In this document: one piece after another, positions 25,101-38,659 of the stretch
Layout: each line of letters opens with the position of its first letter
Numbering within the stretch: position 1 is the first letter of the stretch
Assembly: GCA_047495785.1 (NCBI GenBank)
Contig: JBLDXI010000050.1
Coordinates: forward strand, 1-64,000
Length of the DNA: 64,000 nt
Source of the DNA: Lepidodermella squamata
Lineage: Eukaryota > Animalia > Gastrotricha
Reading direction: 5' to 3'
Notes under the pieces: generated by a model
Seen by the model: the letters and a program-made list of their open reading frames with translations, nothing else
Database searches by the model: none
What the model was told of the DNA's origin: nothing
Position numbers and translations under genes: made by a program

Positions 25101-25418
25101 GTTTCTTGAAAATGTTGACCCCGGTTACGTCTATGGTAATTTATCTTTGTTATGAACACATGTGATTATATGCATGTATTACTCAGATTGTCTGCATTCC
25201 TTCGATGAGCCTCATAAAGAGTCAGCTGAGTGCAACCTGGCATCGGCCGAAGACCCTGAATACTGAATACTAACTGTAACCTCATTTGCATTCTCACCTA
25301 TTATCATTCTAACTTGAAATAAAAGTTGGATATTAACGATTTCCGCTTTATTTATGCTTCGCAATATAACCATACTTCGCATCGAATGGCCCGCCCGGGC
25401 CCGGGCCACAACAGCTAG
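19149..25418 (+). mobile_element. Helitron (rolling-circle transposon), probably full length
   Basis: 3' end: GC hairpin tggcccg...cgggcca (25387-25408) then CTAG (25415-25418) followed by T. Candidate 5' end a|TCtaatacgtatag at 19149 (less certain). Encodes RepHel. Confidence 0.85.
20215..24610 (+). CDS. Helitron Rep/Pif1 helicase (RepHel), multi-exon; true start probably further upstream
   Basis: Rep motifs FVTMTCNPNW, EFQKRGLPHAHILI (HUH), KYLYKYVYKG. Pif1 motifs DGFGGCGKTF, IWDEAPM, GGDFRQCLPV, QFPVRLAFAMTINKSQGQT. Introns near 22357-22415 and 23583-23639; small frameshift near 24190. Confidence 0.95.
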
Positions 25419-25538
25419 TAATAATATAAGGAATTAGGAAAAAGCAGGATGTGGCTGCATCAGCTGATACCGACAGTGATGGATCGTGAAACCTAAAGAT
25501 GACCAAGGGCCCTAAGGGGCCATGCCGAAACGCAGCTG

Positions 25539-26355
25539 TTGAACAGAAGGCAGAAGCTAGCTAAAGAAACTGCTACGCCGAAATTTCGAGATTCGGACAT
25601 AGCTAAGAGCTCATGCCACGAAGACTCTGCGGACAAAAGCTCCCCGCCTAACAACGGCAGTGCAACTAACATCTCGGCGATTTTCGTGGTCGACCAATTT
25701 TTTGGAATTCACGAGGTTCGATTACGTTATCAGGGACTATTAAGCTGCATTAGAACATTTCTACATGCAAGAAGGAGGGTATCCCAGTGAACATTGACGA
25801 GTGTTTGTAGGCAGTAAAGATGACTACTGGCTGTCTCCTCTGACATTCAGATCTATCCCTGACGATGTGTACATGGTCAACAGCCAACTGGGGTACGACT
25901 TCGTCTTCATAATTCATAATCAAGCTGTTCGATGAAACGTATCTGAACATGCAGTTCTACTGGTCGAGAGTGCGTGTGTAACCTGTGAAATTGACCTTCG
26001 AAAGTATCCATTCGATAAGCGAGATCAAGTTTGGCATTCATCACTCTGTTAATCTTACTGTAGAAATCTCTGAGCTGAAAATCATTGTATGGTTACTTTC
26101 CCGCTTTTTAAGTTCCGCTATTTTCGTCTGGATTTTGGCGGCCCGGCCGGTTCGGACCGAGCTTTTCATTTTGACCCCGGCATCTCTAACGAAACCCGAA
26201 ATCAAACTCTTGTCTGCCCCGACGATCGGTAGCAAAGTGAGCGTTGCTGTTTTCTCGCTTAGCTTGTAGAAGGAGGCCCAACTACTACTATTGAACATCA
26301 TCGGCTCATGCTTGGTCCTCAGATTCTTGGAACTGGCTGCTTTTCTGATGCAAGC
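25539..26355 (+). pseudogene. Degraded fragment of a type-1 channel (LBD to M1)
   Basis: LAKETATPKFRDSDIAKSSCH, SAIFVVDQFF, YLNMQFYWSRV, EIKLLSAPTIGSKVSVAVFSLS with many deletions and an internal insertion; Cys-loop destroyed. Confidence 0.9.
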
Positions 26356-26484
26356 TGATTTCCCAGCTAATTAGCTAATTGCTAGAGATTTTCTCGAAAT
26401 TTCTAGCTGATTCAATTTTAATATCTAGAATCTAGAAACCTTACTCGCGTATTGTATTTGTTTGCCGAGTTAGAAAAAGACTTA

Positions 26485-26684
26485 CATAGCGCACCCACTT
26501 CTTACCGAAGCGGCAAAAATCGCACGATAGAGCAGAAAAATTACGCGCCAATGAGTGAAGACGGTTTGGGCCAACATTTTTCGTTTGAAAATATTTGCCG
26601 AAAAAACAGGCCGCGTTTAACTGTTCACTTCATTGTTTCAATTTTGAAATTTTCTCCGCTACGGTAAAAAGTGACTGCGCTATG
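26485..26684. mobile_element. MITE with TA TSD (Tc1/mariner-type)
   Basis: About 29-bp imperfect TIRs catagcgcacccacttcttaccgaagcgg / ccgctacggtaaaaagtgactgcgctatg, flanked by TA on both sides. Confidence 0.75.
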
Positions 26685-26812
26685 TAACTGAAATTCATCG
26701 GTTAAATATTAGCAAGCTGAAAGTAATCGCGAGTAATCGAAAGGCCGATTCTCAGTCGGTTAACATGCACAGTTGAATGAGCATATCAATTAAATTATAT
26801 AATTTGTTGTTT

Positions 26813-27790
26813 TTAATTGCCGCCAGTGCATATATCCATTGTCACGCCGTATATGCTAGCTGTGCCAGTGCCTGTTTTTGTGCCAGCGGCGCCGAGAGCA
26901 AAGCAGCAAGCTTGGAATGAATCGAAAGCAGTAGTCCCAACACCAGCCTGAGATAAATAGTTGAACTTGAATTGTTGCTAAAAACGGCAAACAACGAATG
27001 CTTACAACATCGGTGAATATTTTGTCAGCAGTCTGTTTTGCTGTGTTGGGGAATCGAACGCAATTTGCGGTAGAACCACCACTTTGACCTGATACTTTGT
27101 AAGGAACCGCATCAGGTCCTCCAATGCACGTCAAAATTGGAGCGGCAGGGCTTGTCTGCGGTAGGAGTTCGTACTTGAGATTGGCACCAGCGGCTGCACA
27201 GCATAGACCAAACGTTGAGAAAGTGTTGGGCGTGTCAGAAGCAGCCTACCAACATAAATTGATGTATGTAGGTATTATTTTTGGATGAAGAAATAGAATA
27301 TTTACCGCAGCGGGAGTACCTGGTACTGTCAGATATGCGGTACAGGCGCTGGCTCCGGTTCCAGCAGCGTTATGGCAAAATTTGACAGTTTGAGATACCT
27401 GAGAAGAAGGAGGAGAAGTGGCTCCTTGGGTTGTCATTGTGCACAGTTGGTAAAGTATCTGGGAAAAATAAAAAACACGCTGTGAAAATAATGATGAGGG
27501 GTACTGCATATTACGGGGGATGCAACAGCTTGGCAAGTTTGGCTAATTGTTGCACACTGATTGTCGGTTTTGGCAATGCAGTTTTTGGTGGTAGTATCAC
27601 AGGTAGACGCTGAGCATGTTTGACCTGAGGGGCAAGCAGAGCTGCTAGTAGACGTTGAACATGTTTGGCCTGAGGGGCAAGCAGAGCTGCTTGTTGGGCA
27701 CGGAGTTGTCGTCGTCGACGTCGACGTCGGAGGGCAAGCAGTGGCTGCGGCTAAGGCGGCAGCGATAATCGCCAGAGTAACGTAAGCCAT
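26813..27790 (-). CDS. Secreted Cys/Thr/Ala-rich protein, family member 1 (4 exons)
   Basis: MAYVTLAIIAAALAAATA signal peptide, CPPTSTSTTTTPCP, duplicated SSSACPSGQTCS; later exons YQLCTMTT...VKFC, FGLCCAAAGANLKYE, CVRFPN, FQACC...MDICTGGN*. Colinear with 37783-38659. Confidence 0.8.
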
Positions 27791-30700
27791 CTGAAGACTT
27801 GTTAACAAGCAAAGAGAAGAGACTGATGCTCCTTGACCATTCTGCCATTTCATTTGGGCAAAATAAGCTCCACGAGAAACTTGCTTTATGCAAGTAATTT
27901 CAATTAGAGCTGTTAATTCGTCTTCTTTAACACGCATGACTGCACACGCTTCATTTCATCTCAAATCAAAAAGTAACGTCAAGGAATGTGCTCAAAACAG
28001 TTGATCCCGGCGCGTGATTTCTGAACGAATGTGGAGAAAGTTATTCCAGCGATTACAAAATGCTAACAAAGAAGATTCAGGAATGATTAAATCAAAACGG
28101 ATATCAACAGGAGATGACTTGACCGCAAAAAACAATATTATCGCCGTCTTCAATCCGTAACAAAACGTTATGCGAGTCGAGTTAAAATATTGTCTATGAC
28201 TTTTTAACACAGACTTATATTTTCAATAAATACCAATAAATTTTCGGACGAAGCAGGGGTAGCGCTCGTGTAAACAAGAAATTAAATCTTGTTAATCTTT
28301 TTCAAGGTTTCACATTCACATGGCTTTCTCGGCTATAGTTTTTTATATTAAAAGAAATTAGCTCTAATTCCTTTCCATTCTCAGTGAATGTGCATTTTTT
28401 TCTGTCAACACCAATCGAATTTGGGACAAAACAGCTGTGGTAAACAGAATTTTATTATTATTTTTCACGTGTGAAATTATGAAACATCATTTTGATACAA
28501 TTTTTCTTACCAACCTTTACCTTCACGTTCCTTCTCATTTTTTTCGTGGCTATATTTTTTTGTGTTTTTTTACAATGAAATTAGCTCTTACCATTTCTTG
28601 CGTTGTAGCAAAAAACATCATCATTAGCGCCGTACTCTGATAGTAGCTTGTTTACTACAGTTAAAATGGGACGGGTGATGTAAAAAACGGCTTTTTTCCG
28701 TAAATGAAGACGCTACAGCAAATGACATTTTACTTTATTAATCACCAATAATTTATGAATCACCAATTAGTTCCGACTATGACACAGAACATCAGCTAGG
28801 TATCATATGCGCATAATTAGCTCTGCGAGATGCTTGCTTATCGTCGTATTTACACGAGCTACTTCGTAATTATCGATGTTAATTACTTCGGTTGTTGCGT
28901 CATCATTTTTACTTAAACTCGAGTGAGCGCTGTTTTTATGTTTGTGTGCAAATTTTATGGGCGCTGTTAACAAGTCACAGCAAGGTGATTTAAAACTCAA
29001 ATTTTGAGGTATCAAGTAATCGCGATTTCGCAATCCCATTTTTGGCTGACACCTGATCTATACAATTCTCCTTCTGGAAAAATAGAAACGATCGATTTAT
29101 AAATTATAAAAATTCTTAAATGTTGCCAAAATATTTTAAAAACGAATTATGCACCGAATCGCGTCACTGGGGCAGTTTCCAGCCACCCTGTACGGACAAG
29201 TACTTGAAAAAATTCAGAAAAAATAAGAAAATATTGATAGTTTCGAGATTTTCTCATGACTTTCGTGGGTTTTGTTGAGCATTTCTTTTTATAGTCCAAA
29301 CAGGAGGCTAAACTGCATTGAATTTTCTAATATTTCTATGAGAAAATTCTCCCTAAATTATGTTAATAATATTGGTATAACTATAACCTTCGGCGTGATT
29401 TCATCAATTTCGATCCGCTTTCTACAAGTGTCGGATTTAAAAACTACAATATAATAGAATAAGTGTATAATCGCAAGGTTTCAAATTATTTTTATTTTTT
29501 CTCGGGAAAATTCTGATTAATTTTCATAGCAAGCTTGAAGCAAGGTGCTAGGGGTTCGACGCCATGCCTTTTCAATGTTAAAATGCAGGTTTTATGCTCA
29601 ATAACATTCTGGAGAAACAATTGCTTTGTTTTCATTCATCAACACCGTTCTTGTTCATTTTTGTATCTGTGAGATGGTCGCAATGAACACTGAAAATATG
29701 ATACCTAGCTGATATTCTGTGTTAGTCGAAACTGATTGGTGATTCATGATTCCGCATGGTATTGACCCACTTGATACATCATGTCGTTAGTTTCGTTGAA
29801 TAACTCAGCTTTAGGCTTGTTTGCGTCAGTTAGAAGTAGGACGGTGGCAAGTAAAAAGTCATTTGCTGTAGCCTCTTCATTCACGTAAAAAACACCACTT
29901 CTTAACTGGCCGTCCACAGTCGCATATTAACTGGCGTATATGCAGCACCGTCATTCTACGGCGCTAATGATGTTATTTTGCTACAAAGCAAAAAAATGCT
30001 GAGAGCTAATTTTATTAGTATACTATGTAAAAAAATACAACAAATAAAGACGCGAAAGTAATGTGAAGGAACTTTTATTACAAGGGTGGTTGATAACTTT
30101 ACCCATGAAAAATGAAATATTATTTTTTTAACACAGCTGCTTTGTCCCAAAATCTATTCCTGTTGATAGAAAAGATATGTAAACCGGTGTTGATTTCCAT
30201 CACATTCAACTACTGAGGAGGACAAATTATGCGGAAAGTTTTATGATCTGGGCCGCTTCATGTCTACTGAATGACAGATCATAAAACTAAATGACAGGTC
30301 AATAAATGACCAACGTCGGGTGCCTTGTGCGATATTTTGCCACAATATTCTAACTCGACATGTAGAAAGTGAAGATAGTGATAATATTGTTACCTCAGTT
30401 TTATTTCATTTTTCATTTCAGCTCGAACTTTAGGAGAAGTTGAATTATTTTCAAGTTCATGTTCTTAGTTTTGCTGTGGCATTAGTGCAACACCCGCGGA
30501 CCTTTTGAGCTGGGACCTTTTTGATGATAAGTCGGGTTGTATTAGCTCGTTTAAATCAAGTTCGTTGCGGAGCTTATTTTGCCCAAATGAAAACTAGACC
30601 ACGCTCTTGTGTCAGTCATATCTAATTGGTGTTTATTACACGGGGCATTATATATTTTTTTTGCTTTCCAGGGACTGGCTGAAAAATTTCGTATTCTCTC

Positions 30701-31439
30701 GCATACGTAATACTGACCCTTCTTGCGACGGGATCAGCTCACAATTCCGGCAAGTGACGCAGAGATTTTCTCATGGGAAAATAACAACATCGGCGTCCTA
30801 GCTTCATGTATGCTGCGCCACGATGTTGTATCTCTTGCATTGCATTCCAGTCCAGTGAGACAGGGACGAATTTTCAACGACGAAACATTCATAACCAATC
30901 TTCCTTTTTTATTTAAAAAAGCCATAAAGTGTAAAAATTGTAATTCAGATGTAAACAAGTCACAATTTGGATCGACGCGTAGAATAAGCATGTAAATGTT
31001 ATAATCACGATATATGTTCACTTAGAGTGTAAAAAACCGAGTTATTATTTCGAGTACTAGTATAATGGCAAAATAGAAGTCGCGCAAAATCATCCTTATA
31101 ACCAAACTACCAAATACGAGCACCAAAGCTGAATCTCTTAAAGCAAGCGCTTCAATAGCTTGGTAAAATCATCAAAGGCGGAACAATCTAAGCGGTAAAA
31201 TTATATAATATCAACATGAAAACACGATCTTTACATAGAGGAGTAATTGAGACGAGGTCAGGGTGAAAATCGAGAGCAAGAAAGTCTGAGGAATATAGAA
31301 TGAATTCTGAGGAGAATTAAAGAGTCTGCGGAACTATAGTACAGCGTAATAAAGATGGAAGAAACAGAACGAGTTCAAGCATATCGCTTTTCATGAAGGT
31401 TTTACGGTACATGTTGTGTTAGGCGAAATTGGGCTCACC

Positions 31440-33890
31440 AGAGCGAGGACACCACCTTGAGACATGCCTCTGGGCAAAGCCGGCGATGTAGCTGAGGTCG
31501 ACGAGAAGGCCATCGGCGTTGCGAGAAGGAGGGCAAGCCGAGAAAAACCGGCTGGTTCTAGGGATGAAACGACCCTGGAAACGCTGCGAATGTTGGTTCG
31601 CGCTCCTATACCGAGTCGGCTTTGGCTTCGAATCGTCTGCGCTTTTGAGTCAGCGAAGGATGAGAATACGGCTCCAGGGGGCTTGTTGCGGCTGGAGTCG
31701 GCTTCAGCTTCGTCTTCGAGTCGCGACTCGCTCCACGGCCGCGGTCCAGTTGACCATTACAGGCAATCGCTGCGGGCAACCCAAATCCGCTCGTGCCGTC
31801 GTATAGCTCGGGTCAAGGGTTGACGGCCACCTCGTCGACGGCTTCCCTTGTAAGCTCCGGGTGAGCTTGTGACACCGGCCCGTGTTGCCGAAGATAACGA
31901 CTGATTCGTCGGCGCCCTGCTCGGCCGTTCATCCAGGGCTGTAGGAGGCGCTGTACCGGGGCTCACCGAGAGGCAGTGAGAAGGTTATTCAGGCCTGCTT
32001 AGCATTTATTGTTCAAAAAGCCGTGGATCTGCCTAATGACCACCGGGGTTGATTCCAGTCGATGTCTTTCAAGGTCTTGCGGCATCGGGCGGCGAATCAA
32101 GTATCGGCTTGTCCACATCCTGTTTATCAAGCAGGTCCTTCACCTTGAGTCGACGAGATGACCGACGGGGCGCTCGTGGTCTTAGTAGGGTCGGAGGTCG
32201 AGGCATGTCGATTTAGCGATCCTATTTGTAACGAACTGGATCCTTTTCGGCGAGGCGAATATTGCCGAGCTAACTGGTCGATTGAGATAAACCGTACTAA
32301 GAGCTAGCTCTTCGTCTTATCTTTCGAGAAAGTCCAGGTGTCGAAGGTGCGTTAGCCCTATAGTCGCACTCCGGGCCGTCGGGAATGGCTTCGATAGCCG
32401 ACAGCTCCTTGGCTAGGGACCGAGCGAGAGTGGCACAATCGATGGTTCCGCGGAGGGTTTCGAATTCGCCGGCAGGCAGAATCGTAGCAGCTTTGCCCTG
32501 CGCAACATGTCGAAAGGTAAAGCCTGTGTACACATTATTCGGTATGTTTCGATAAAAGAAATATCGGGTTGGCATACCGGGTTCCAGTGGGCGAAGTAGG
32601 ATTTTTGAACTCGGAATACCTTGTCAGTCGTTACAAAAAGCACGTTCAAAAAATGTCGCAATATTGCGAACGTCATGAGCCCCGTAGATCGATGATGAAT
32701 TGCTCTTGTCCTCTCAGATTCGACCATTTCGACGGGTCAAGAACGGAATCCCATTCGAGAATTGAGTCGGCGCCTTGAAATCAGCGTTTCAACAAACTTA
32801 GCTTTGGCGAGTTCAAGTGCGACCAAGCTTCGATTGGAGACCAGGACTCACTTTGCAAGTTCAGCTCGCCCAGAAGTCGATAGTCGGTCACGCAGGCATT
32901 GCGAATGGGAAGAAGATCCGAGCCTATTGAAATTAAAAGATCATATAAGGTTTACATTTCGGGGTAACTTGCATTACTCACGTGGTTGATTTGAAGCTTT
33001 TGCGAGCTCTTCGCTTCAGCCTTCAGCTGTAAGGCTGAAATGGGTGGAAATGGCTGATAGGCCCGAAACACAAGTTCAGGATTCCTGTTCTCCCATGGTT
33101 GGTTATTTTCCGAAGAATAACTAATTTTCCGCTCAAAATCTGGATAAATGGGTAAACACTCGTGGATATTTGACATGCACCGTGCAGTCATTTAATTGGC
33201 GTCGACCATAAAACAACGCGATTCAAACCGTTTCTTCAAGCTGGTCAGGATCATAGCTCAACAATGCCAATGCAGTCGCTTCGCATATAAATATATTTCC
33301 TGGTTGATTATAGGTTCGTTGGCCAGCGCATGCTCCAGCTCGAACCACCGCTGACGCATAGCCACATCAGCGGCCGGATCGCAGTAGGGATACATCGGGG
33401 CGATAAAATGGGTGAGTAGCTCGTCGGACAGAGCCACCGAAGGCTGGAGGACCGTCAGGCAGCTATATTGCCCCGCTCGTACGTGGCTGCTGGCGCCGGT
33501 CAAGATGGCGCAGGCGCATTCAAGCTTCTCGGTAGCGAAGTTGTCCAGACAGAGCTGTCGCAGGTTGGCGCGACGTCGCGAAGAAAGGCCGCTCCTTCGC
33601 ATCTAGGAACGCATCATCCAGATGCCCCAAGAACGGGGTAACATGGCCACGAATTTCCCGCCCCAGAAGTATAGCGGTACGAGGCGGTGCCATCCATCGT
33701 TGTTGCTGGTCGTTGGCGCCACTTTGGAGGTCGTAGAATTCATGGCATATGTAAGCCCAGAGTCGTCGAAGTCCCTACGCCAGGCGACTTGGCTAAAGCG
33801 ATCAGCCGCTAAAGCGTCTGACAAGGCGTGCCGTTGTAGCTGGATATTTTTGAGCAGAGAAGAGATGCCCGCAACAGCGGCACTGAGCTG
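31440..33890 (-). pseudogene. Degraded coding-like region of unknown protein; second decayed copy at about 41280-43100
   Basis: GC-rich island of broken ORFs (32297-32575, 32952-33191, 33258-33602, 33603-33824). Peptide AKSSQKL.IN.VSN.S.PE and DNA blocks are shared with the 41730-42480 region. Confidence 0.5.
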
Positions 33891-36800
33891 ACGAAAAGCA
33901 AAGCTGACTTCGCACGATTAAACAATTTATGGGCTGATTCCTTGTTGAAGCCCTCGTTGGAGCCGTATTCTCATCCTTCGCTGGATGTTTAACAACTCTT
34001 TTTGTAAAAAGCATGCTAGACGTTGGAAAAATGACAAATTTAGAGAGAAATTCACGTCCTTGGAGGTGATCTAGAATAAAGAGACCCTTAGGAATCGAAA
34101 TCTGCAAACCGTTTTACGAGTTCGAAGCAAGTCACAATTTCAGGCGGGGCAGAAACAAGAAGCAGTGGAGTGCAGCTCTTTTCATTGAACTATTATGTAG
34201 TATATGTAGGAACGAGAATTCGGAAAATCAGAATGGATCCAAGATTGATCGCGAAGAAGGCAAAAGAAGCTAAAATCGGAACTAATGACAGGCGCGATAT
34301 AAATTGAATATTGGTCTGGAAGGGCGAAGTGAACGAGGGTTGAAATATTTGATGTTATATAAGGGAATAAAACAATAAAACTGAATGTTTTATTAAAAAA
34401 CGATAAAAGAAAATTGCATATAAGTAGAAGCCAGGTTCTTGTTGCTGCATCATGGTACAATTCTTGATTATTGTTACAAATGGAACAATGGCAATTCACT
34501 TATTTTGAAATAAACCTAATTTTCTGAATTCAATGAAATCTGCAAATGAGCAATTTTGTATGCGATTTGTAACACGAAATCAGAGCTGAGAATCCAATTT
34601 AGGAATGATTTTATAAGTAGAGATATTGTTGGCGTTTACCCCTGCGTCCTCCTGTGTCGCGAGAAACCAAACCATATACCATGCTTGAAAGACACTAGCA
34701 GCAGTTGCCGAGTTTTCAACTCTCTGTTGCGATGCAACTAACAACAATCCTGCAAGCATAAGTATACATTAAAAACATTTGTTATTTAGAAATAAAAAAG
34801 CATTTCTCTTTTTCATTTCTCTCTACAAAAACGACGAAGCGTCGCATAGCCGCTTCCTCTCACAGTTAAAAAAAACGTTATTGACGGATCCATCCGTATA
34901 CAATGTTTACAATGCATTCGCACGGTGTATAATAACTCATTGTAGCGACCAAAGCTCCATAACGCGTCTCACACAGCAACCATTAGATCAATGTCTGACC
35001 GCAAGGCTCTAAGAATTATCAGCTGTCTGAGACAAGCCTGAGGACGATTGCGGCCAGGAACCTTCATTTGCTGTTATTCTATTTTGATTTAATCATTCAT
35101 ACAGAATTGTTATTGTTTTTTTGTAATCATTTAAAAATGTGCCTTCGTTTTTTTATATTCATTATTGCAAATTTAATTTGCGGTAGCCTCTTCATTCACG
35201 TAAACAAACACCGCTTTTTTACGTGTCGACAAGCCTATATCAGAGTCATTCTACGGCGCTAATGATGTTTTTTGCCATAAAGCAAAAAATAATGAGAGCA
35301 AATTTCATTAGTAATAATTTTGTAAAATAATACAACAACTATGGCGACGAAGGCAATGTGAAATGATGAATGTAAAATTTTTATTAAAATGATGTTCGAT
35401 AACTTCACTCATGAAAAATGAAAAAAAAAACAAATTAATTTCTAACACGAGCGCTATCCCTGCTTTCTCCTAAAATCGATGGAGTTGATAGAAAAGATAT
35501 GTGTAAGCCCGTGTGCAAATAAACCAGTCTTAACTGAGAAGGATAAATTGAGTTGTCATATGAGTTCATTTGTCATTCATTGTCCGGGTTAAAACAGATT
35601 CAACTGCATTTTCTCGGCTCAATATTCATCCTATTGATAAGCCTAATCGATAAGCCGATAAAGCTATTTTCAATAAAGTCGCAATTGTAGGAGCAAATAG
35701 AATTACTATTACTCATTGTTTTTGTTTTTTTTGTTATTGTTTATTACGTGCCGTTACAACGAGTCGAACATTGATGGCAGTATTACTGTCGAAAAAGGTC
35801 CTGTGCTTCGTATGGTTACTTTTCCGCTTTTTAACCCTCTAGCCGGCCGGCAGTTACCTAGTTTACACAACTTGAGTAAGCTCAAATGAAAGAAATCTTG
35901 AGAATGATGACAAGCCACCAGACCAAACTTGGCATGAATGGTCTCTTCGTCCATCTGAGACTTTATACCAATGAAAGGACCGTATTACGCAATTTTTTAA
36001 TACCTCCGTAACCATGATGAATTTTTTGGAGCGGGTTTTACCAGTCGATAGACTTGTCTGTTGAAAACGTTCCTTAAAACCTCGTTAAATCGGAAATACA
36101 ATTTGAGAAATTGGTGACGAAAATGCTTCTTGTGAGTTTTGGTAAAAAATTTCATCCGTACTTTAGTTTGAACATTTTAAATCAAACTGAGTGGATCTTG
36201 CTGGCACCAATATAAGCGAACAAGCCTAAATAAGTCGCACATTGTGGTTCAAATAATAAGCCAGGGTCAACACAGGGCTCAGGATAGTTGATGGAATGAG
36301 CTTTAGGTTCGACGCCATGCCTGTTCAATGTTGAAATGCAGGTTTTATGCTCAATAAAATTCTGGAGAAGCAATTGCTTTGTTTTCATTCATCAACACCG
36401 TTCTTGTTCATTTTTGTATCTGTGAGATGGTCGCGATGAACACTGAAATTATGATACCTAGCTGATGTTCTGTGCCAGTCGAAACTACTTGGTGATTCAT
36501 AATTCCGCGTGGTATTGACCCACTTGATACATCATGTCGTTAGTTTCGTTGAATAACTCAGCTTTAGACTTGTTTGCGTCAGTTAGAAAGAGGACGTTGG
36601 CAAGTAAAAAGTCATTTGCTGTAGCCTCTTCATTCACAAGAAAAACGCCGTTTTTAGTCACCCGTCCCATTTAAACTGAAGTAAAAAAGCCTAAATCATA
36701 GTAATTCTACGGCACTAATGATGCTTTTTGCCATAAAGCAAAAAATGGTGAGAGCTAATTTCATTAGTACTATGTAAAAAAGCACACAAAAACTATAGCC

Positions 36801-37782
36801 ACGAGAGTAATGTGAATAAACGTTTTTTTCTTTTTTTTATCAACATGACGCTTGATAACTTTACCCATGAAAAATAAAAAAATGGAATGAAAAAAGTGTT
36901 AACACGAGCGCTATCGTCGCCCCAAAAATTTGTCCCAAAAGCGATTGGTATTGATAGAAAAGAAATGTAAGCCGGAGATAATATTTGAAGTCGAGTTGTA
37001 AAGTTGTGGATAGAAGATGGTGATAATATAGTCAGCAGTTCGAGTTTATCGAGATTATCGAAACTGCAGTCCCTCATAACAACAATTCGCAACCATTGAT
37101 GCCTGATCGCAACGCTCTAAGAACTATATCAGCAGTCTGAGCCAATCCATTAGACGATTGCGGCTTTTTGCGGTCAAGTCATCTGCTGTCAATATCCGTT
37201 TTGATTTAATCATTCATGAATAAATTTGTAATCGTTCGAATAAGTTTTTCTATATTCATTCCGAAATCGCATGGGACGGGATCAGTTGTATTCCGGCGTA
37301 TTGAGTACATTCCTTGACGTGTTAAAGGAGACGAATTAACAGCTCTAATTGAAAATTTCTCGCTTATAGCAAGTTTCTCGTGGGGCTTATTTTGCCCAAA
37401 TGAAAACTGGACGAAGCTATTGCGCCAGTCAGATCTAATTGGTGTTTATTACACGTGGCAAGGTTTAGTTTTTTTTTGCTTTCCAGGGTTCAAAGTCCCT
37501 GATTGAAAAAGTTCGTATTCTCTCGAATATGTACATGCGTAATTATTGCAATGAATCTATAGTATTAACTTATATTAACTTGACTAATATCTAACGCCAA
37601 CATTTCGATTAAAGAGGACGTTCTCCGCAGCTATGGTGCCTGGCTCCACCGTAATACTATTCAAAAACCTGTGAAATTCCTAGATCACATACGGCTGTTC
37701 CCACAAAGTATGTCTGCCATGATGCGTTGCAGCCCTTATTCATGGTTGAATTCATGGATTTCTGACTTCATAAAACTTCGAG

Positions 37783-38659
37783 ATGGCTTACCTTACGCTG
37801 ACGATTCTCGCTGCCGCCTGTGCCACAGTCACAGCTTGCCCTCCGACGTCGACGACGACGACGACAACACCATGCCCAAGCACTTCTTGCCCAGCATGCC
37901 CATCATGTCCAACATGCACTGGCACAGCTGCTTGTGCTACTGGGATGAGCTGTGCGGCAACTGCGTGCACGGCAACTCAAACTTGCGCCGATAAAGTAAC
38001 TGATCCAAATTTTATTCAAAAAATGTCAACCGACCTCTCAAATTTCAGGGCCAATACAACTTGTGTCAGATAACTACGGCCGGTACAGGTTCTGGCGTTG
38101 GGAAAACCCTCAAATTTTGCACATCAGGAGCCGGGCTTGCATGCACTACAACGCCAACAGCTCAGGTAAGGAACGAGACTATTATCGATCCCAAATACTC
38201 TTCATGTATCAATGTTTGTTTTCAGACTGCTGCTGGCACCCCGACGACAACGTTCGACACCTTTACTGATTGCTGCACGGCCGCGGGTTCCAACTTAGTC
38301 TACGAATATTACAAACAAGGGACGAACCAGCTTCTGTACTGCATCTCCGGAAATGACGCATCTCCATACAAGGTGTGTGCTGCTGGGGGAAATTCAAAAG
38401 GCATTTGTATTCGGTTCCCGAATTCTTGCTTAATTTCCCCTGCTACTCAAGTTGCTCAACTCATAAATGGTGCAGGCCTTGTAAGCTTTCAAGGTAGATT
38501 TAATACTTGAACTTGAACTCATGCACTTTCCAGCCAACTTGGCCAACGGCATCATCCGCAACATTTTTGGCTTGTTGCGCCAATGCGCCAACTGGAACTA
38601 CTTACTCGTCTGCACTAATTGCTACTGGCTTTACCGTCGATACTTGTGGCAACTTTTGA
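37783..38659 (+). CDS. Secreted Cys/Thr/Ala-rich protein, family member 2 (4 exons)
   Basis: MAYLTLTILAAACATVTA-CPPTSTTTTTTPCPSTSCPACPSCPTC...; short GT-AG introns; FTDCCTAAGSNLVYE, CIRFPN, FLACC...TVDTCGNF* (TGA 38657-38659). Confidence 0.82.

Noticed and set aside
25440-25540. Penelope-type hammerhead ribozyme (ctaaagatg...hairpin...cgaaac)
   Set aside because: The core reads CTAAAGA rather than CTGANGA and I could not build stems I and III convincingly.
37837-37995. Insect-type Thr/Cys antifreeze protein
   Set aside because: Lacks the regular 12-residue TCT periodicity; the similarity is compositional only.
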